A stretch of 64,000 bases of DNA, taken from the NCBI GenBank assembly GCA_963815115.1, contig CAWFFN010000005.1:480001-544000 (forward strand), in the 5' to 3' direction. The position numbers and the translations under genes were made by a program. The notes under the pieces were generated by a model. It searched no databases. It was given only the letters and a program-made list of their open reading frames with translations, and was not told where the DNA came from. Numbering within the stretch: the stretch's first letter is position 1; each line of letters begins with the position of its first letter. This document shows positions 32,348-42,271 of this stretch, one piece after another. The DNA comes from an uncultured delta proteobacterium. GTDB lineage: Bacteria > Desulfobacterota > Binatia > DP-6.

Positions 32348-34050
32348 GCTTCGACACGATCATCAAGAGCGGCACCGTGGTGGACGGCTCCGGGCTTCCG
32401 AAGCGGGTGGCCGACGTCGGCATTCGCAATGGCATGGTCACCGACATCGGGCGGCTGTCCGGCGCGAAGCGCACGATCGATGCGGACGGTCTGGTGGTGA
32501 TGCCCGGCATCATCGATGCCCACACGCACTACGACCCGCAGCTCACCTTCGAGCCCTTCGCCACCTCGTCGTGCTTCCACGGCGTCACGGCCGTCGTCGC
32601 GGGCAACTGCGGCTACTCGATCGCGCCGGTCCGCCCCGCGGACCACGACTGGGTGACGAAGCTGTTCGCCAAGGTGGAGGGCATGTCTCCCCGCGTCCTC
32701 GGCGAGGGACTCCCGTGGGACTGGGACACGTTTCCGTCGCTGCTGGACGCGCTCGACGCCCGCATCGGCATCAACGCGGCGATCTACGTCGGCCACTCGG
32801 CGCTGCGCCGCTGGGTCATGGGCGAGGCCGCCTCCGAGCGCAAGGCGACGGCGGACGAGGTCGCGACCATGCAGGGCCTGGTGCGCGAGGCGATGCGCGC
32901 CGGCGCGGCCGGATTCACCTCGTCGCACGCGCCCACCCACGTCGACCCGCAGGGCCGGCCGGTGCCGTCGCGCCACGCGGACTTCGACGAGGTGCTGGCG
33001 CTCGCGGCCGCGGCGGGCGAGGGCGGGGCGGGCTCGATCGGCTTCCTCGCGCGCACGGCGGTGCAGGGCTACGACGCCGAGGACCGCGCCCGGGTCGTGA
33101 AGCTGGCGCACGCCTCCGGGCTTCCGGTGGTCGTGCAGGGCATGGGCTACCGGCCCGGGCAGCGCGAGACGTGGGACAACCAGACCGCGTTCCTCGCCGA
33201 CACGCGCCGCCAGGGCGCCGCCGTCTTCTCGATGCTCCGCACCCAGCCCTTCATGCGCCCCTTCAACTGGAAGCGCGGCACGTCGCTCTTCGACGGCGTG
33301 TTCCACTGGCGCGACATCCAGGCGCTCCCTGCGGCGCAGCGGCTGGCCCGGATGAAGGATCCGCAAGCACGCGCCGAGCTGCGCTGGGCGCTCGACAATC
33401 CGAACAAGGATCCGGACAAGGGCTCGACGCTGCCGCCCCCCGCCATGACGGCGCTCTTCGTCGATCGCTCGGCGACCGATCCGGGCGCCGAGGGCAAGAG
33501 CGTCGCCCAGCTGGCGAAGGAGCGCGGCGTCCATGCCGCCGACGTCGTCTGCGAGCTGGCCGCCGCCGACGGCCTCGAGACCCAGTTCCTGTGGAACTCC
33601 GAGTCGCCCGCGTGGATCGAGGCCAACGGCGAGTCGCAGCGCAATCCGCACATGATCATCGGCACCGGCGACGGCGGCGCGCACGCCGATCGCGACGACG
33701 GCGCCGAGTGGTCGACCTACTTCCTGCGCTCCTGGCTGCTCGACCGCGAGCACATGACGCTGGAGGAAGGCGTGCGCCGCATCACCCACCTGCCGGCGAT
33801 GATCTGCGGCATCCCGCTGCGCGGGCTCCTCGCCCGCGGCTATCACGCCGACCTCGTGCTGATCGATCCGGCACGCCTCCGGCTCGGCAAGAAGCAGCTC
33901 GTGGCCGACATGCCGGGCGGCGAGGACCGCTGGCAGGTGCGACCGGAGGGCGTCGCGCGGGTCATGGTGAACGGCGAGGTGATCGTCGAGAACGGCGAGC
34001 TGACCGGGGCGCGCAGCGGGCGCGTGCTGCGCATCGGAAACCCCGGGTGA
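32344..34050 (+). CDS. N-acyl-D-amino-acid deacylase-like amidohydrolase
   Basis: PGIIDAHTHYD, HGVTAVVAGNCG, DGGAH, GYHADLV. Confidence 0.9.
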   Translation: MSFDTIIKSGTVVDGSGLPKRVADVGIRNGMVTDIGRLSGAKRTIDADGLVVMPGIIDAHTHYDPQLTFEPFATSSCFHGVTAVVAGNCGYSIAPVRPADHDWVTKLFAKVEGMSPRVLGEGLPWDWDTFPSLLDALDARIGINAAIYVGHSALRRWVMGEAASERKATADEVATMQGLVREAMRAGAAGFTSSHAPTHVDPQGRPVPSRHADFDEVLALAAAAGEGGAGSIGFLARTAVQGYDAEDRARVVKLAHASGLPVVVQGMGYRPGQRETWDNQTAFLADTRRQGAAVFSMLRTQPFMRPFNWKRGTSLFDGVFHWRDIQALPAAQRLARMKDPQARAELRWALDNPNKDPDKGSTLPPPAMTALFVDRSATDPGAEGKSVAQLAKERGVHAADVVCELAAADGLETQFLWNSESPAWIEANGESQRNPHMIIGTGDGGAHADRDDGAEWSTYFLRSWLLDREHMTLEEGVRRITHLPAMICGIPLRGLLARGYHADLVLIDPARLRLGKKQLVADMPGGEDRWQVRPEGVARVMVNGEVIVENGELTGARSGRVLRIGNPG

Positions 34051-34060
34051 CGGTCGCCAG

Positions 34061-35143
34061 ATGAAGGCGGTCGTCTTTCACGGACCCGCGCGCGGCGTCG
34101 TCGTCGAGGACGTGGCGGTGCGCGATCCCGGCCCGGGCGAGGTGCGCGTCGCGATCCGCGCCGCGGGGCTCTGCCATTCCGACCAGAGCGTCATCAACGG
34201 CACGATCCCGTATCCCGTGCCCGTGGTGCTGGGACACGAGGGCGCGGGTCTCGTCGAGGCGGTCGGCCCGGGCGTCACGAGCGTCAAGGAAGGCGACGCC
34301 GTGATCCTCTCGACGCTCGCGCACTGCGGCCGGTGCGCCGCGTGCGAGGGCGGCAAGCCGACCGCCTGTCGCAACGCGCCCAATCCGAAGGACACGACGC
34401 CGTTCGCGATCAAGGGAACGCCGGTCCACCAGTTCGCCAACGCCTCGGCCTTCGCCGAGCTGACGCTGGTACGCGAGCAGAGCGCCATTCCCGTCGACCC
34501 GCGCGTGCCGTTCGATCGCGCGGCGCTCATCGGCTGCGGCATCATGACGGGCGTCGGGGCGGTCCTGAACCGCGCCCGCGTCGAGGCGGGATCGTCGATG
34601 GCGGTGTTCGGCGTCGGCGGCATCGGCCTCAACTGCGTGCAGGGCGGCGTCCTCGCCGGCGCGGCGCCGATCATCGCCGTCGACGTGAACCCGCAGAAGC
34701 TCGAGCTGGCCCGGCGCTTCGGGGCCACGCACGTGGTGGACGCGTCGCGCGAGGACGCGCTCGCCGCGGTGCGCGACCTGACCTCCGGCGGGGCCGAGTA
34801 CAGCTTCGAGTGCGTCGGCAACCTGGCGGTCATCCGCCAGGCGCTCGACGCCATCGCCCCCGGCGGCACGCTCACCATCGTCGGGGTGCCGCGCATCGGC
34901 TCGACGATCGAGCTGGTGGTGCACAGCCTCTACAACAACAAGGCCATTCTCGGCTGCCGCTACGGCGCGGCGCGGCCGCGCCGCGACTTCCCGATGCTCG
35001 CCGACCTCTACCTCGCGGGCCGCCTCCGCATCGACGAGCTCATCACCGACCGCTATCCCCTCGACGACTTCGACCGCGCGCTGCGCGACCTGGAGGACGG
35101 CCGCCTGGCGCGCGGCGTCTTCCAGCTCGGCGGCGGCCACTGA
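34061..35143 (+). CDS. Zn-dependent alcohol dehydrogenase
   Basis: GLCHSD, GHEGAG, CGRCAAC...C, GCGIMTG, GVGGIG. Confidence 0.95.
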   Translation: MKAVVFHGPARGVVVEDVAVRDPGPGEVRVAIRAAGLCHSDQSVINGTIPYPVPVVLGHEGAGLVEAVGPGVTSVKEGDAVILSTLAHCGRCAACEGGKPTACRNAPNPKDTTPFAIKGTPVHQFANASAFAELTLVREQSAIPVDPRVPFDRAALIGCGIMTGVGAVLNRARVEAGSSMAVFGVGGIGLNCVQGGVLAGAAPIIAVDVNPQKLELARRFGATHVVDASREDALAAVRDLTSGGAEYSFECVGNLAVIRQALDAIAPGGTLTIVGVPRIGSTIELVVHSLYNNKAILGCRYGAARPRRDFPMLADLYLAGRLRIDELITDRYPLDDFDRALRDLEDGRLARGVFQLGGGH

Positions 35144-35155
35144 GGAGAGCACCCC

Positions 35156-36226
35156 ATGGGACGCTTCGGGACGCACGTGATCGACGCCGACGGACACGGC
35201 GGCGACCTGCCCAACTGGCAGGCCCGCATTCCCGCCGCCTTCCAGCCGAAGTGGGAGGAGCGCCGCGAGCGCATCAAGAAGCAGTTCGCCAACCTGCCTG
35301 GCGTCGGCATCAAGGAGACCAAGGGCACGGCGAAGCTGAACAGCCTGGAGCGCCCGGGCATGACCGACCCGAGGTCGCGCCTCGAGGACATGGACCTCGA
35401 GGGCATCGACCAGACCGTCATGTTTCCGGGCGGCGCGGGCGAGGAGTGGGCCGGGCTCGACCGCGACTTCGCGATCGCGCTCTGCCGCACCCTGAACGAC
35501 TGCCGGGCCGAATTCACGCGCTACGCACCGAAGCGTCTCATGTCGGTGGCCAAGCTGCCGATGATCGATCCGGAGGCGGCCGTCGCCGAGCTCCGCCGCT
35601 GCGTGGGCGAGCTCGGCATGGTCGGCATGGTCACGCCCCAGCACGTGCGCGACAAGAACCTCGACGACCCGAGCTTCGACGTGGTGTGGAAGGCGGCCGA
35701 GGACCTCGGCGTCGCGGTGTGCGTGCACGGCGGCGGCCAGGCCATCGACCAGGTCCCCCTCGGAGTCGACCGCTGGAAGACCCGCCTGGAGGTGCACGCC
35801 TTCACCCATCCCGTCGGTCAGATGGTCGCGATCATGGCGTTCACCGTGGGCGGCATCCTGCACCGCTTCCCGGAGCTGCGGGTCGCGTTCCTCGAGGCGG
35901 GCACCGGCTGGCTGCCGGCGTGGCTCGAGCGCCTCGACGAGCACTGGGAGCTGACCCCCGAGCAGGCGCCGTTGATCGATCGCAAGCCGAGCGACTACTT
36001 CCTCTCCGGGCGCTGCTTCATCGGCTGCGATCCCGACGAGAAGGGCGTGGCCCACGTCGTCGACAGCCTCGGCGAGGACGTCGTGGTGTACGCGTCCGAC
36101 TACTGCCACTGGGACTGCAAGTTCCCCGACACGGTGAAGATCGTGCACGACCGGGCCGACCTGTCGGCGAGCGCGAAGCAGAAGATCCTCGAGGGCAACC
36201 CGCGACGGCTCTACGCCGTGGCGTGA
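35156..36226 (+). CDS. Amidohydrolase family protein (Amidohydro_2)
   Basis: IDADGH, VH, FLEAGTGW, YASDYCHWD. Confidence 0.9.
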   Translation: MGRFGTHVIDADGHGGDLPNWQARIPAAFQPKWEERRERIKKQFANLPGVGIKETKGTAKLNSLERPGMTDPRSRLEDMDLEGIDQTVMFPGGAGEEWAGLDRDFAIALCRTLNDCRAEFTRYAPKRLMSVAKLPMIDPEAAVAELRRCVGELGMVGMVTPQHVRDKNLDDPSFDVVWKAAEDLGVAVCVHGGGQAIDQVPLGVDRWKTRLEVHAFTHPVGQMVAIMAFTVGGILHRFPELRVAFLEAGTGWLPAWLERLDEHWELTPEQAPLIDRKPSDYFLSGRCFIGCDPDEKGVAHVVDSLGEDVVVYASDYCHWDCKFPDTVKIVHDRADLSASAKQKILEGNPRRLYAVA

Positions 36227-36232
36227 GCCGTC

Positions 36233-36853
36233 GTGCCCATCGATCTCGCGGCCCTGCTCGAGCCTTCGCGGACGGCGCTCCTCATGATGGAGTGCCAGGA
36301 GGGCATCATCGGCGCGGGCGGGACGCTCTCCGCGCTCGCCGACGCCGTGCGCCGTCACGGCACGGTGGGGCAGATCGCGCGGGTGCTCGGCGCGGCGCGC
36401 GCCAGGGGCGTGCCCGTGTTCCACTGCCTGATGGCGCGCCGGCCCGACGGCGGCGGCGCGGCAGCCAACTGCCTGCTGCTGGCTGCGACGCGCAGGTCCG
36501 AGCGCCCGCTGCTGCCGGGATCGCCGCAGCAGGCGCCCGTGCAAGCACTCGCACCCGGCGACGGGGAGTGGATGGTGACCCGCTTTCACGGCATCTCGCC
36601 CTTCCACGGCACGGAGCTCGACCAGCTCCTGCGCAACCTCGGCGTGCGCACGGTCGTTGCCACCGGCGTGTCGGTGAACGTCGGCATCCTCGGGCTCGTG
36701 GTCGAGGCGGTGAACGCCGGGTACCAGGTGGTGATTCCGCGCGAGGCGGTGACCGGGACGCCCGACGACTACGTCGCGGCGGTGATGGAGCACACGCTGC
36801 GGCTGCTCGCGACGCTTGCGCCCGTCGACCAGGTCGTAGGAGTGTGGAGCTAG
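36233..36853 (+). CDS. Isochorismatase-family (cysteine hydrolase fold) protein
   Basis: TALLMMECQ, ELDQLLRNLGVRTVVATGVSVNV, AVNAGYQVV; the usual catalytic Cys position reads G. Confidence 0.85.
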   Translation: MPIDLAALLEPSRTALLMMECQEGIIGAGGTLSALADAVRRHGTVGQIARVLGAARARGVPVFHCLMARRPDGGGAAANCLLLAATRRSERPLLPGSPQQAPVQALAPGDGEWMVTRFHGISPFHGTELDQLLRNLGVRTVVATGVSVNVGILGLVVEAVNAGYQVVIPREAVTGTPDDYVAAVMEHTLRLLATLAPVDQVVGVWS

Positions 36854-36855
36854 GC

Positions 36856-37620
36856 ATGGAGACACAGCGATTCGCGGGCAAGGTGGCGTTCGTGACCGGC
36901 GCGGGCTCGGGCATCGGACGGGCGACGGCCGGCCTGTTCGCCGAGGAAGGGGCCAGGGTCTACGCCGTGGACGTCGACCGCGACGGGTTGGCGACGACGC
37001 TCGCCGGCATCCGGGAAGCCGGCGGCCGCGCGGATGGACTGCCCTGCGACGTCGCCGACATGGCGTCGGTGCAGGCGGCGGTCGACGCCGCCGTCGCCGC
37101 CTTCGGCGGTCTCGACGTGCTGTGCAACGTCGCCGGCATCGGCGGCTTCAAGCGCTTCGAGGAGCTCACCGAGGAGGACTGGAACCGTACGTTCGGGGTG
37201 AACGTGACCGGCATGTTCCACACCGTGCGCGCGGCGCTGCCGCATCTCCTCGCCGACCCGGTCGGCTGCGTCGTGAACGTCGGCTCGACCTCGTCGTTGC
37301 GCGGCACCGCCTATGCCTCGCAGTACGCGGCGTCGAAGGCCGCGGTGCTGAACCTGACGCGCTCGCTGGCGCTGGAGTTCGCCAGTCGCGACCTGCGCTT
37401 CAACTGCGTCTGCCCCGGCGGCGTGAAGACGCCGCTCGGGCGGCACTTCCTGCGGCGCGAGGACTTCGAGGCGCACCTGATCGACTACCAGGCGCCGCCG
37501 AAGTTCGGGCACTTCGCCGATCCCATCGACATCGCGCGCATCATCGCGTTTCTCGCCTCCGACCACGCGCGCATGATCAACGGTGCCGCGCTCACCGCAG
37601 ACGGCGGGACGCTGGCATGA
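36856..37620 (+). CDS. SDR oxidoreductase
   Basis: TGAGSGIG, NVAG, YAASK, NCVCPG, DGG. Confidence 0.93.
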   Translation: METQRFAGKVAFVTGAGSGIGRATAGLFAEEGARVYAVDVDRDGLATTLAGIREAGGRADGLPCDVADMASVQAAVDAAVAAFGGLDVLCNVAGIGGFKRFEELTEEDWNRTFGVNVTGMFHTVRAALPHLLADPVGCVVNVGSTSSLRGTAYASQYAASKAAVLNLTRSLALEFASRDLRFNCVCPGGVKTPLGRHFLRREDFEAHLIDYQAPPKFGHFADPIDIARIIAFLASDHARMINGAALTADGGTLA

Positions 37621-39077
37621 TCCTCGACGTCCTCGCGGGCCAGGTGGCGGCACGCGGGACGCGCCCCTTCCTCCGTCACGAACGCCGGGACGTCTCGTAC
37701 GCCGAGTTCGACCGGCTGGCGAACCGCGCGGCGCACGGGCTGCGCGCGCTCGGCGTCCAGCGCGGCGACCGCGTCACCCTCGCGCTCGGCAACTCGCTCG
37801 ACTACGTCATCGCCGCCTTCGGGGTGCTCAAGGCCGGGGGTGTGCTCAACCCGGTGAACCCGGCGCTGGGCGAGGCGGAGCTGTGCTACGTGCTCGAGCA
37901 CGCCGGACCCCGCGTGGTGGTGACCGACGCCGCGAGCGAGAGGCGCCTGCGCGCGCTCGGCGCAGCGACCAGCCCGGCGGCTGCCCTCGCGAGCGCCGGA
38001 CCCGACACCGCGCCCGCGGTCGCCCTCGGCAGCGACGACGCCTCGACGCTGCTCTACACCTCGGGCACCACCGGCGCGCCCAAGGGGGTGCTCTTCACCC
38101 ACGGGCGCTCCGGGACCAGCGGGCCGCACTTCATCCAGGCCCTCGGGCTCGTCCCGGACGACGTGCTCCTCGCCGTCACGCCCCTCTTCCACGGCAACGC
38201 CTGGGGCGCCGTGGTGACCGCGCTGCACGCCGGGGCCACCGCCGCGTTCCCCGTCGCGTTTCATGCCTCGGAGTTCTGGCCGCTGGCGCACGAGACGGGT
38301 GCAACCGTCCTCTTCACCCTGGGTACGGTGCTGGCGATGCTGCTCACGCGCGAGCCGTCGCCGCTCGAGCGCACGAGCCGGCTGCGCGTGATCCTCGGGC
38401 TGGGCAGCGCGCCCATCCGGGCGCGCGTGCGCGAGCGCCTCGGCGTCGAGGACGTTCTCGAGTGCTTCGGCTCGACCGACGCCGGCGTGGTGACGATCGA
38501 GCCGCGCGGCGTGCCGCCGCGGCCCGGCTCGTGCGGACCGCCGGTACCGGGCGTGCGGGTACAGATCCTCGACGACGCCGGCGTCTCGCAGCCCGTCGGT
38601 GCGGTGGGCGAGATCGCCGTGGAGTCGCCCGCCCGAATGGCTGCGTACTTCCGCGATCCGGAGGGCACGGCCCGCGCGCTCCGCAACGGCTGGTTCCTCT
38701 CCGGCGACCTCGGCTTCCTCGACGAGGACGGCTGGCTGCACTTCGTCGACCGCAAGCGCGACGTCATCCGGCGCGGCGGGGAGAACGTGTCGTCGGTCCT
38801 CGTCGAGAAAACGCTGCGGGAGCACCCGCAGGTGGTGGAGGCGGCGGTCGTCGGGGTGCCCGATTCCGTGCTCGGCCAGGAGATCAAGGCGTTCGTGGTG
38901 TCGCGCGCGCCGGTGACCGAGGCGGAGCTGCGCACGTTCGCCGAAGCGCGGCTCGCGAAGTTCCAGGTGCCGCGCCTCTGGGAGTTCCGCGACAGCCTGC
39001 CGAAAACGCCCACGCAGCGCGTGGAGAAGTACAAGCTGCGCGACGAGGCAGGCGGCGGCCGGCCGATGGTGGGGTAG
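37617..39077 (+). CDS. AMP-binding acyl-CoA ligase (CaiC-like)
   Basis: YTSGTTGAPKG, SGDLG, DRKRDVIRRGGENVSS, PKTPTQRVEK; ATGA overlap with the SDR gene. Confidence 0.92.
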   Translation: MILDVLAGQVAARGTRPFLRHERRDVSYAEFDRLANRAAHGLRALGVQRGDRVTLALGNSLDYVIAAFGVLKAGGVLNPVNPALGEAELCYVLEHAGPRVVVTDAASERRLRALGAATSPAAALASAGPDTAPAVALGSDDASTLLYTSGTTGAPKGVLFTHGRSGTSGPHFIQALGLVPDDVLLAVTPLFHGNAWGAVVTALHAGATAAFPVAFHASEFWPLAHETGATVLFTLGTVLAMLLTREPSPLERTSRLRVILGLGSAPIRARVRERLGVEDVLECFGSTDAGVVTIEPRGVPPRPGSCGPPVPGVRVQILDDAGVSQPVGAVGEIAVESPARMAAYFRDPEGTARALRNGWFLSGDLGFLDEDGWLHFVDRKRDVIRRGGENVSSVLVEKTLREHPQVVEAAVVGVPDSVLGQEIKAFVVSRAPVTEAELRTFAEARLAKFQVPRLWEFRDSLPKTPTQRVEKYKLRDEAGGGRPMVG

Positions 39078-39669
39078 GGAGCGGGCCGGGCGGCCACATG
39101 AGGGCCCTGCACGGAGCGACCGCGTGCGGCTCATCCGCTGTGTCAGTGTGGCCGTCGCCCCGCGGAGGTCGCCGTCGACCAGATCTGGACCCTGAGCAAG
39201 GTTCGTCTCGGGGATCGGGTCGGTTTCCTGAGCAAGGACGAAGCCCGCGGCCCAGAGGGGGGTGATACGGAGATGTCCGGGGAATGACCGGGCGTGCGCT
39301 ACTCGCGCAGTAGCAAGCGACTCCTGCGGCGCGCGTGCCCGAGACGCCGCGAGGTCCGGACGAGAGGAGAGCATGAGGGATCGATGGCGAAGCCGAGGAG
39401 CTACCTTCACCGTCACGCTCACGAAGTCCGCGGCATGACACGGACCCCAGCCCCGTTCAGGAAGGATCTGCTTCGATGCGGGCAGCATCGGTTTCCTGCA
39501 GCATGAGGAGGAACTCTCCCATGTTGGCTCTCGAGCGCATTCCCGGACCTGCCCGAAGCAACATCCTGGCGGGTGGCTGACGAGGCGACCCGCGGTCTGG
39601 AGGGAAGCGTCGACGGAGGTGACGCAGCCGTGGACACGCACGGGGAGTCGGTCTAGCTTGCCGCCTTGC

Positions 39670-40858
39670 ATGGGAGTGCCGGCCTACTGTGGTGGCGAAC
39701 ACCCGGCGACGTCGGTCGCCGAGACGTCGCCCGCGTACGGGCCTCGTTCCCCCCGCCTCCTCGACCGGGTGTGGACCGCGATGCGATTGCGGCACATGAG
39801 CCGCCGCACCGAGCAGGCCTACGTCTTCTGGATCAGGCGGTACATTCTGTTTCACGACAAGCGAACACCCGGCGACGCTCGGAGCCGAGGAGGTGACCCG
39901 CTTCCTCTCGCACCTGGCCGAGGATCGCCGGGTGAGCGCGTCGACCCAGAACCAGGCGCTCAGTGCGCTGCTGTTCCTCTATCGGCACGTGCTCGGCGTG
40001 GAGCTGCCGTGGCTCGACGGTCTGGTTCGCGCGCGGCGCCCGGCGCACGTCCCCGTCGTGCTCGGCCGCGAGGAGATGGCGGCCGTGCTGTCGCGGCTCT
40101 CCAGCCCGGCTTGGCTGATGGCAGCGCTCCTCTGCGGCGCCGGCCTCCTCTTGCTCGAGTGCCTGCAGCTGCGCGTGAAGGACGTCGACTTCGACCGCGG
40201 CGAGATCGTGGTGCGTCGTGGGAAGGGCGGCCGAGACCGGCGGACGGTGCTGCCGGCCGTGGTGCGCCGCCCCCTGGCTGCCCACCTCGAGCGGGTCCGG
40301 GCGCAGCACGAGGCTGACCTGGCCCGAGGCGCCGGGTGGGTCGAGCTTCCCGACGCCCTCGGTCACAAGTACCCCACCGCGGGGCGGGAGTGGGGGTGGC
40401 AGTGGGTCTTTCCCGCCACGCGGACCTACGCGCACCGGGAGACTGGTCAACGCCGGCAGCACCACTTCTACGAGTCGGCGCTCCAGCGGCTCGTCCGCCA
40501 GGCCGTGATCCGGGCCGGGATCGCCAAGCCGCCACGGTGCCACACGTTCCGCCACTCGTTCGCGACGCACCTGCTGGAGAGCGGCTCCGATATCCGGACG
40601 GTCCAGGGACTGCTCGGTCACCGCGACGTGCGGACGACGATGATCTACACCCACGTGTTGAATCGGGGCGGCCTGGGTGTCGTGAGCCCCGTAGACATGG
40701 TGCTCGGACCGGGTGCGTCGGGCGGGCGCCTTGGGCTGGCGCAGATAGGCGGCGCGACCTCGTCGTCTATCACGCGGGGAGCAGCGGATGGCATTCGACG
40801 ACCGTCGGGAGATCGACAACTTGACCGGGCACGCACGTGCGTCGGTCGTGCGGAATAG
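39670..40858 (+). pseudogene. intI: Integron integrase, degenerate (frameshift near 39864; first catalytic Arg replaced by Leu)
   Basis: [35 protein letters not shown], IntI-specific insert [44 protein letters not shown]; start approximate. Confidence 0.88.
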
Positions 40859-40928
40859 ACCCAGCTCCAGCGTCATCTTCGGTCACTGGCAGATCGCCGC
40901 TTGGTCTCGGGTGTAGAGTGATATGTCC

Positions 40929-41022
40929 GCCTAACCAGGCGTTGGAGCGGACCCGCGGGGAAGCGGGCCTTTCCCTTGCGGGTGGCGGTGGCCGCGGGCC
41001 GCTCAACGCCGAGTCGTTAAAC
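40929..41022 (+). mobile_element. attC site 1
   Basis: GCCTAAC-CAGGC-GTTGGAGCGG...CCGCTCAAC-GCCGAGTC-GTTAAAC: inverse core, imperfect palindrome with an extrahelical G, core GTTRRRY. Confidence 0.85.
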
Positions 41023-41047
41023 GACCCGGACTCGCCTGAGTGAAAGG

Positions 41048-41494
41048 ATGACCATGAAGATCGATGGTGCGTGCCATTGTGGCTTGATCAAGTACGACGC
41101 TGCAATCGATCCCGGCAAGGTCGTAGTCTGTCATTGCACAGACTGCCAAGCCCTCTCCGGCTCCGCCTTCCGGATCGTTGTCGGCGCTGCGAGAGACGAT
41201 TTCCATCTCCGTGGCGGGCAACCAAAGATTTACGTGAAAACAACTGAGAGCGGCGAGAAGCGTGCGCAAGCATTCTGCCCGGAATGTGGAACGCCGATCT
41301 ACTCGGCAGCGGTCGCCGACACCTCGGCATTCGGAATCCGAGTGGGGACGATTCGGCAGAGAGCTGAGCTGCGTCCAAACAGACAATATTGGTGCCGATC
41401 GGCTCTCCCGTGGGTGAAGGATCTCGGCAGCGTAACCCAGTTTGAGCGACAGGATGACCTCAACCAGTTCCTGCGCAACGTGCGAAGCTCGTAA
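41048..41494 (+). CDS. Gene cassette: GFA (glutathione-dependent formaldehyde-activating) family protein
   Basis: GACHCG, CHCTDCQ, FCPECGTPIY Zn motifs; visibly lower GC; bounded by attC sites. Confidence 0.92.
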   Translation: MTMKIDGACHCGLIKYDAAIDPGKVVVCHCTDCQALSGSAFRIVVGAARDDFHLRGGQPKIYVKTTESGEKRAQAFCPECGTPIYSAAVADTSAFGIRVGTIRQRAELRPNRQYWCRSALPWVKDLGSVTQFERQDDLNQFLRNVRSS

Positions 41495-41524
41495 TATGCC
41501 CGGTGCGATGAGATGCAGCCAGCC

Positions 41525-41617
41525 GTCTAACCCGCGGTTGGAGCGGACCGGGGCGGGACCAGCGCGCTTCGGTGGGGTGGTGGTGGGCGCCGGCCGCTCA
41601 ACCGCGGGACGTTAGGA
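41525..41617 (+). mobile_element. attC site 2
   Basis: GTCTAAC-CCGCG-GTTGGAGCGG...CCGCTCAAC-CGCGGGAC-GTTAGGA. Confidence 0.88.
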
Positions 41618-41632
41618 GTCTCACACAATCCG

Positions 41633-41932
41633 ATGGGTAAGTCGCTGCCGCCGAAGGAGAGCAAACTGTATCAGCGCACCGATGAGGTGCTCCATTACGT
41701 GTGGGATCCCATCGGCGTCGCCGGGGCTCCGAGTGCGCGCGACGAGTACTGGTCGTACTTGCCCCGCGTGTTCGCCCTCCTGATGGAACGTGCCGATGAA
41801 CGTGCGATCGCCGACTACCTCGTAACGGTAGAACGTGAGGCCATGGGATTGGCAGGTCGACCTGATCACGCGCTGCGAGTCGCGCGAACCCTCATCGACT
41901 ATCGCGAATGGGTCTTGGACCGTGCTCCCTAA
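41633..41932 (+). CDS. Gene cassette: small hypothetical protein (WDPIG..DEY family)
   Basis: 99-aa ORF with LHYVWDPIGV...DEYWSY; its TAA stop lies inside the inverse core of attC 3. Confidence 0.8.
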   Translation: MGKSLPPKESKLYQRTDEVLHYVWDPIGVAGAPSARDEYWSYLPRVFALLMERADERAIADYLVTVEREAMGLAGRPDHALRVARTLIDYREWVLDRAP

Positions 41933-41989
41933 CCCGCGCTTGCAGCGGACGGCGCTGCGCGCCGCCGCTGAACCGCCAGGTCGTTATGC
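41927..41989 (+). mobile_element. attC site 3 (short)
   Basis: CCCTAAC-CCGCG-CTTGCAGCGG...CCGCTGAAC-CGCCAGGTC-GTTATGC. Confidence 0.8.
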
Positions 41990-42271
41990 CTCTCGATGCT
42001 TGCCGCCGTTACCTCGCCGAGGATCCTTCCGAAGTTCCTCGCGGACTACTCGTCGGATCGTGTCCTCGAGCGGCTTCTCCCGGTGCTCCATGCACTCGCG
42101 CAGGGCACTGTTGATGAGGGTCTGATAGCTGCCACCCCCGGCCGCATGGACCTGCCGCCGAAACCAGTCGAGGACCTCATCGTCAAGCCGAATGGTGATC
42201 CTCGTCTTGCCCCTCGGAACAGGGATGACCGGCCCTCGCTTCCCCCTCGTGAAGTCGTACTCCTTCTTCAT
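41984..42271 (-). CDS. brnA: BrnA-family antitoxin (cassette, antisense to the array)
   Basis: MKKEYDF...KTRITIRLDDEVLDWFR...YQTLINSALR. Confidence 0.9.
   Translation of the reverse strand: MKKEYDFTRGKRGPVIPVPRGKTRITIRLDDEVLDWFRRQVHAAGGGSYQTLINSALRECMEHREKPLEDTIRRVVREELRKDPRRGNGGKHREA

Noticed and set aside
39191-39237. Direct repeat CCTGAGCAAGG (39191 and 39227) upstream of intI
   Set aside because: Only two 11-bp copies with no associated element; cannot be assigned as a target duplication or binding site.
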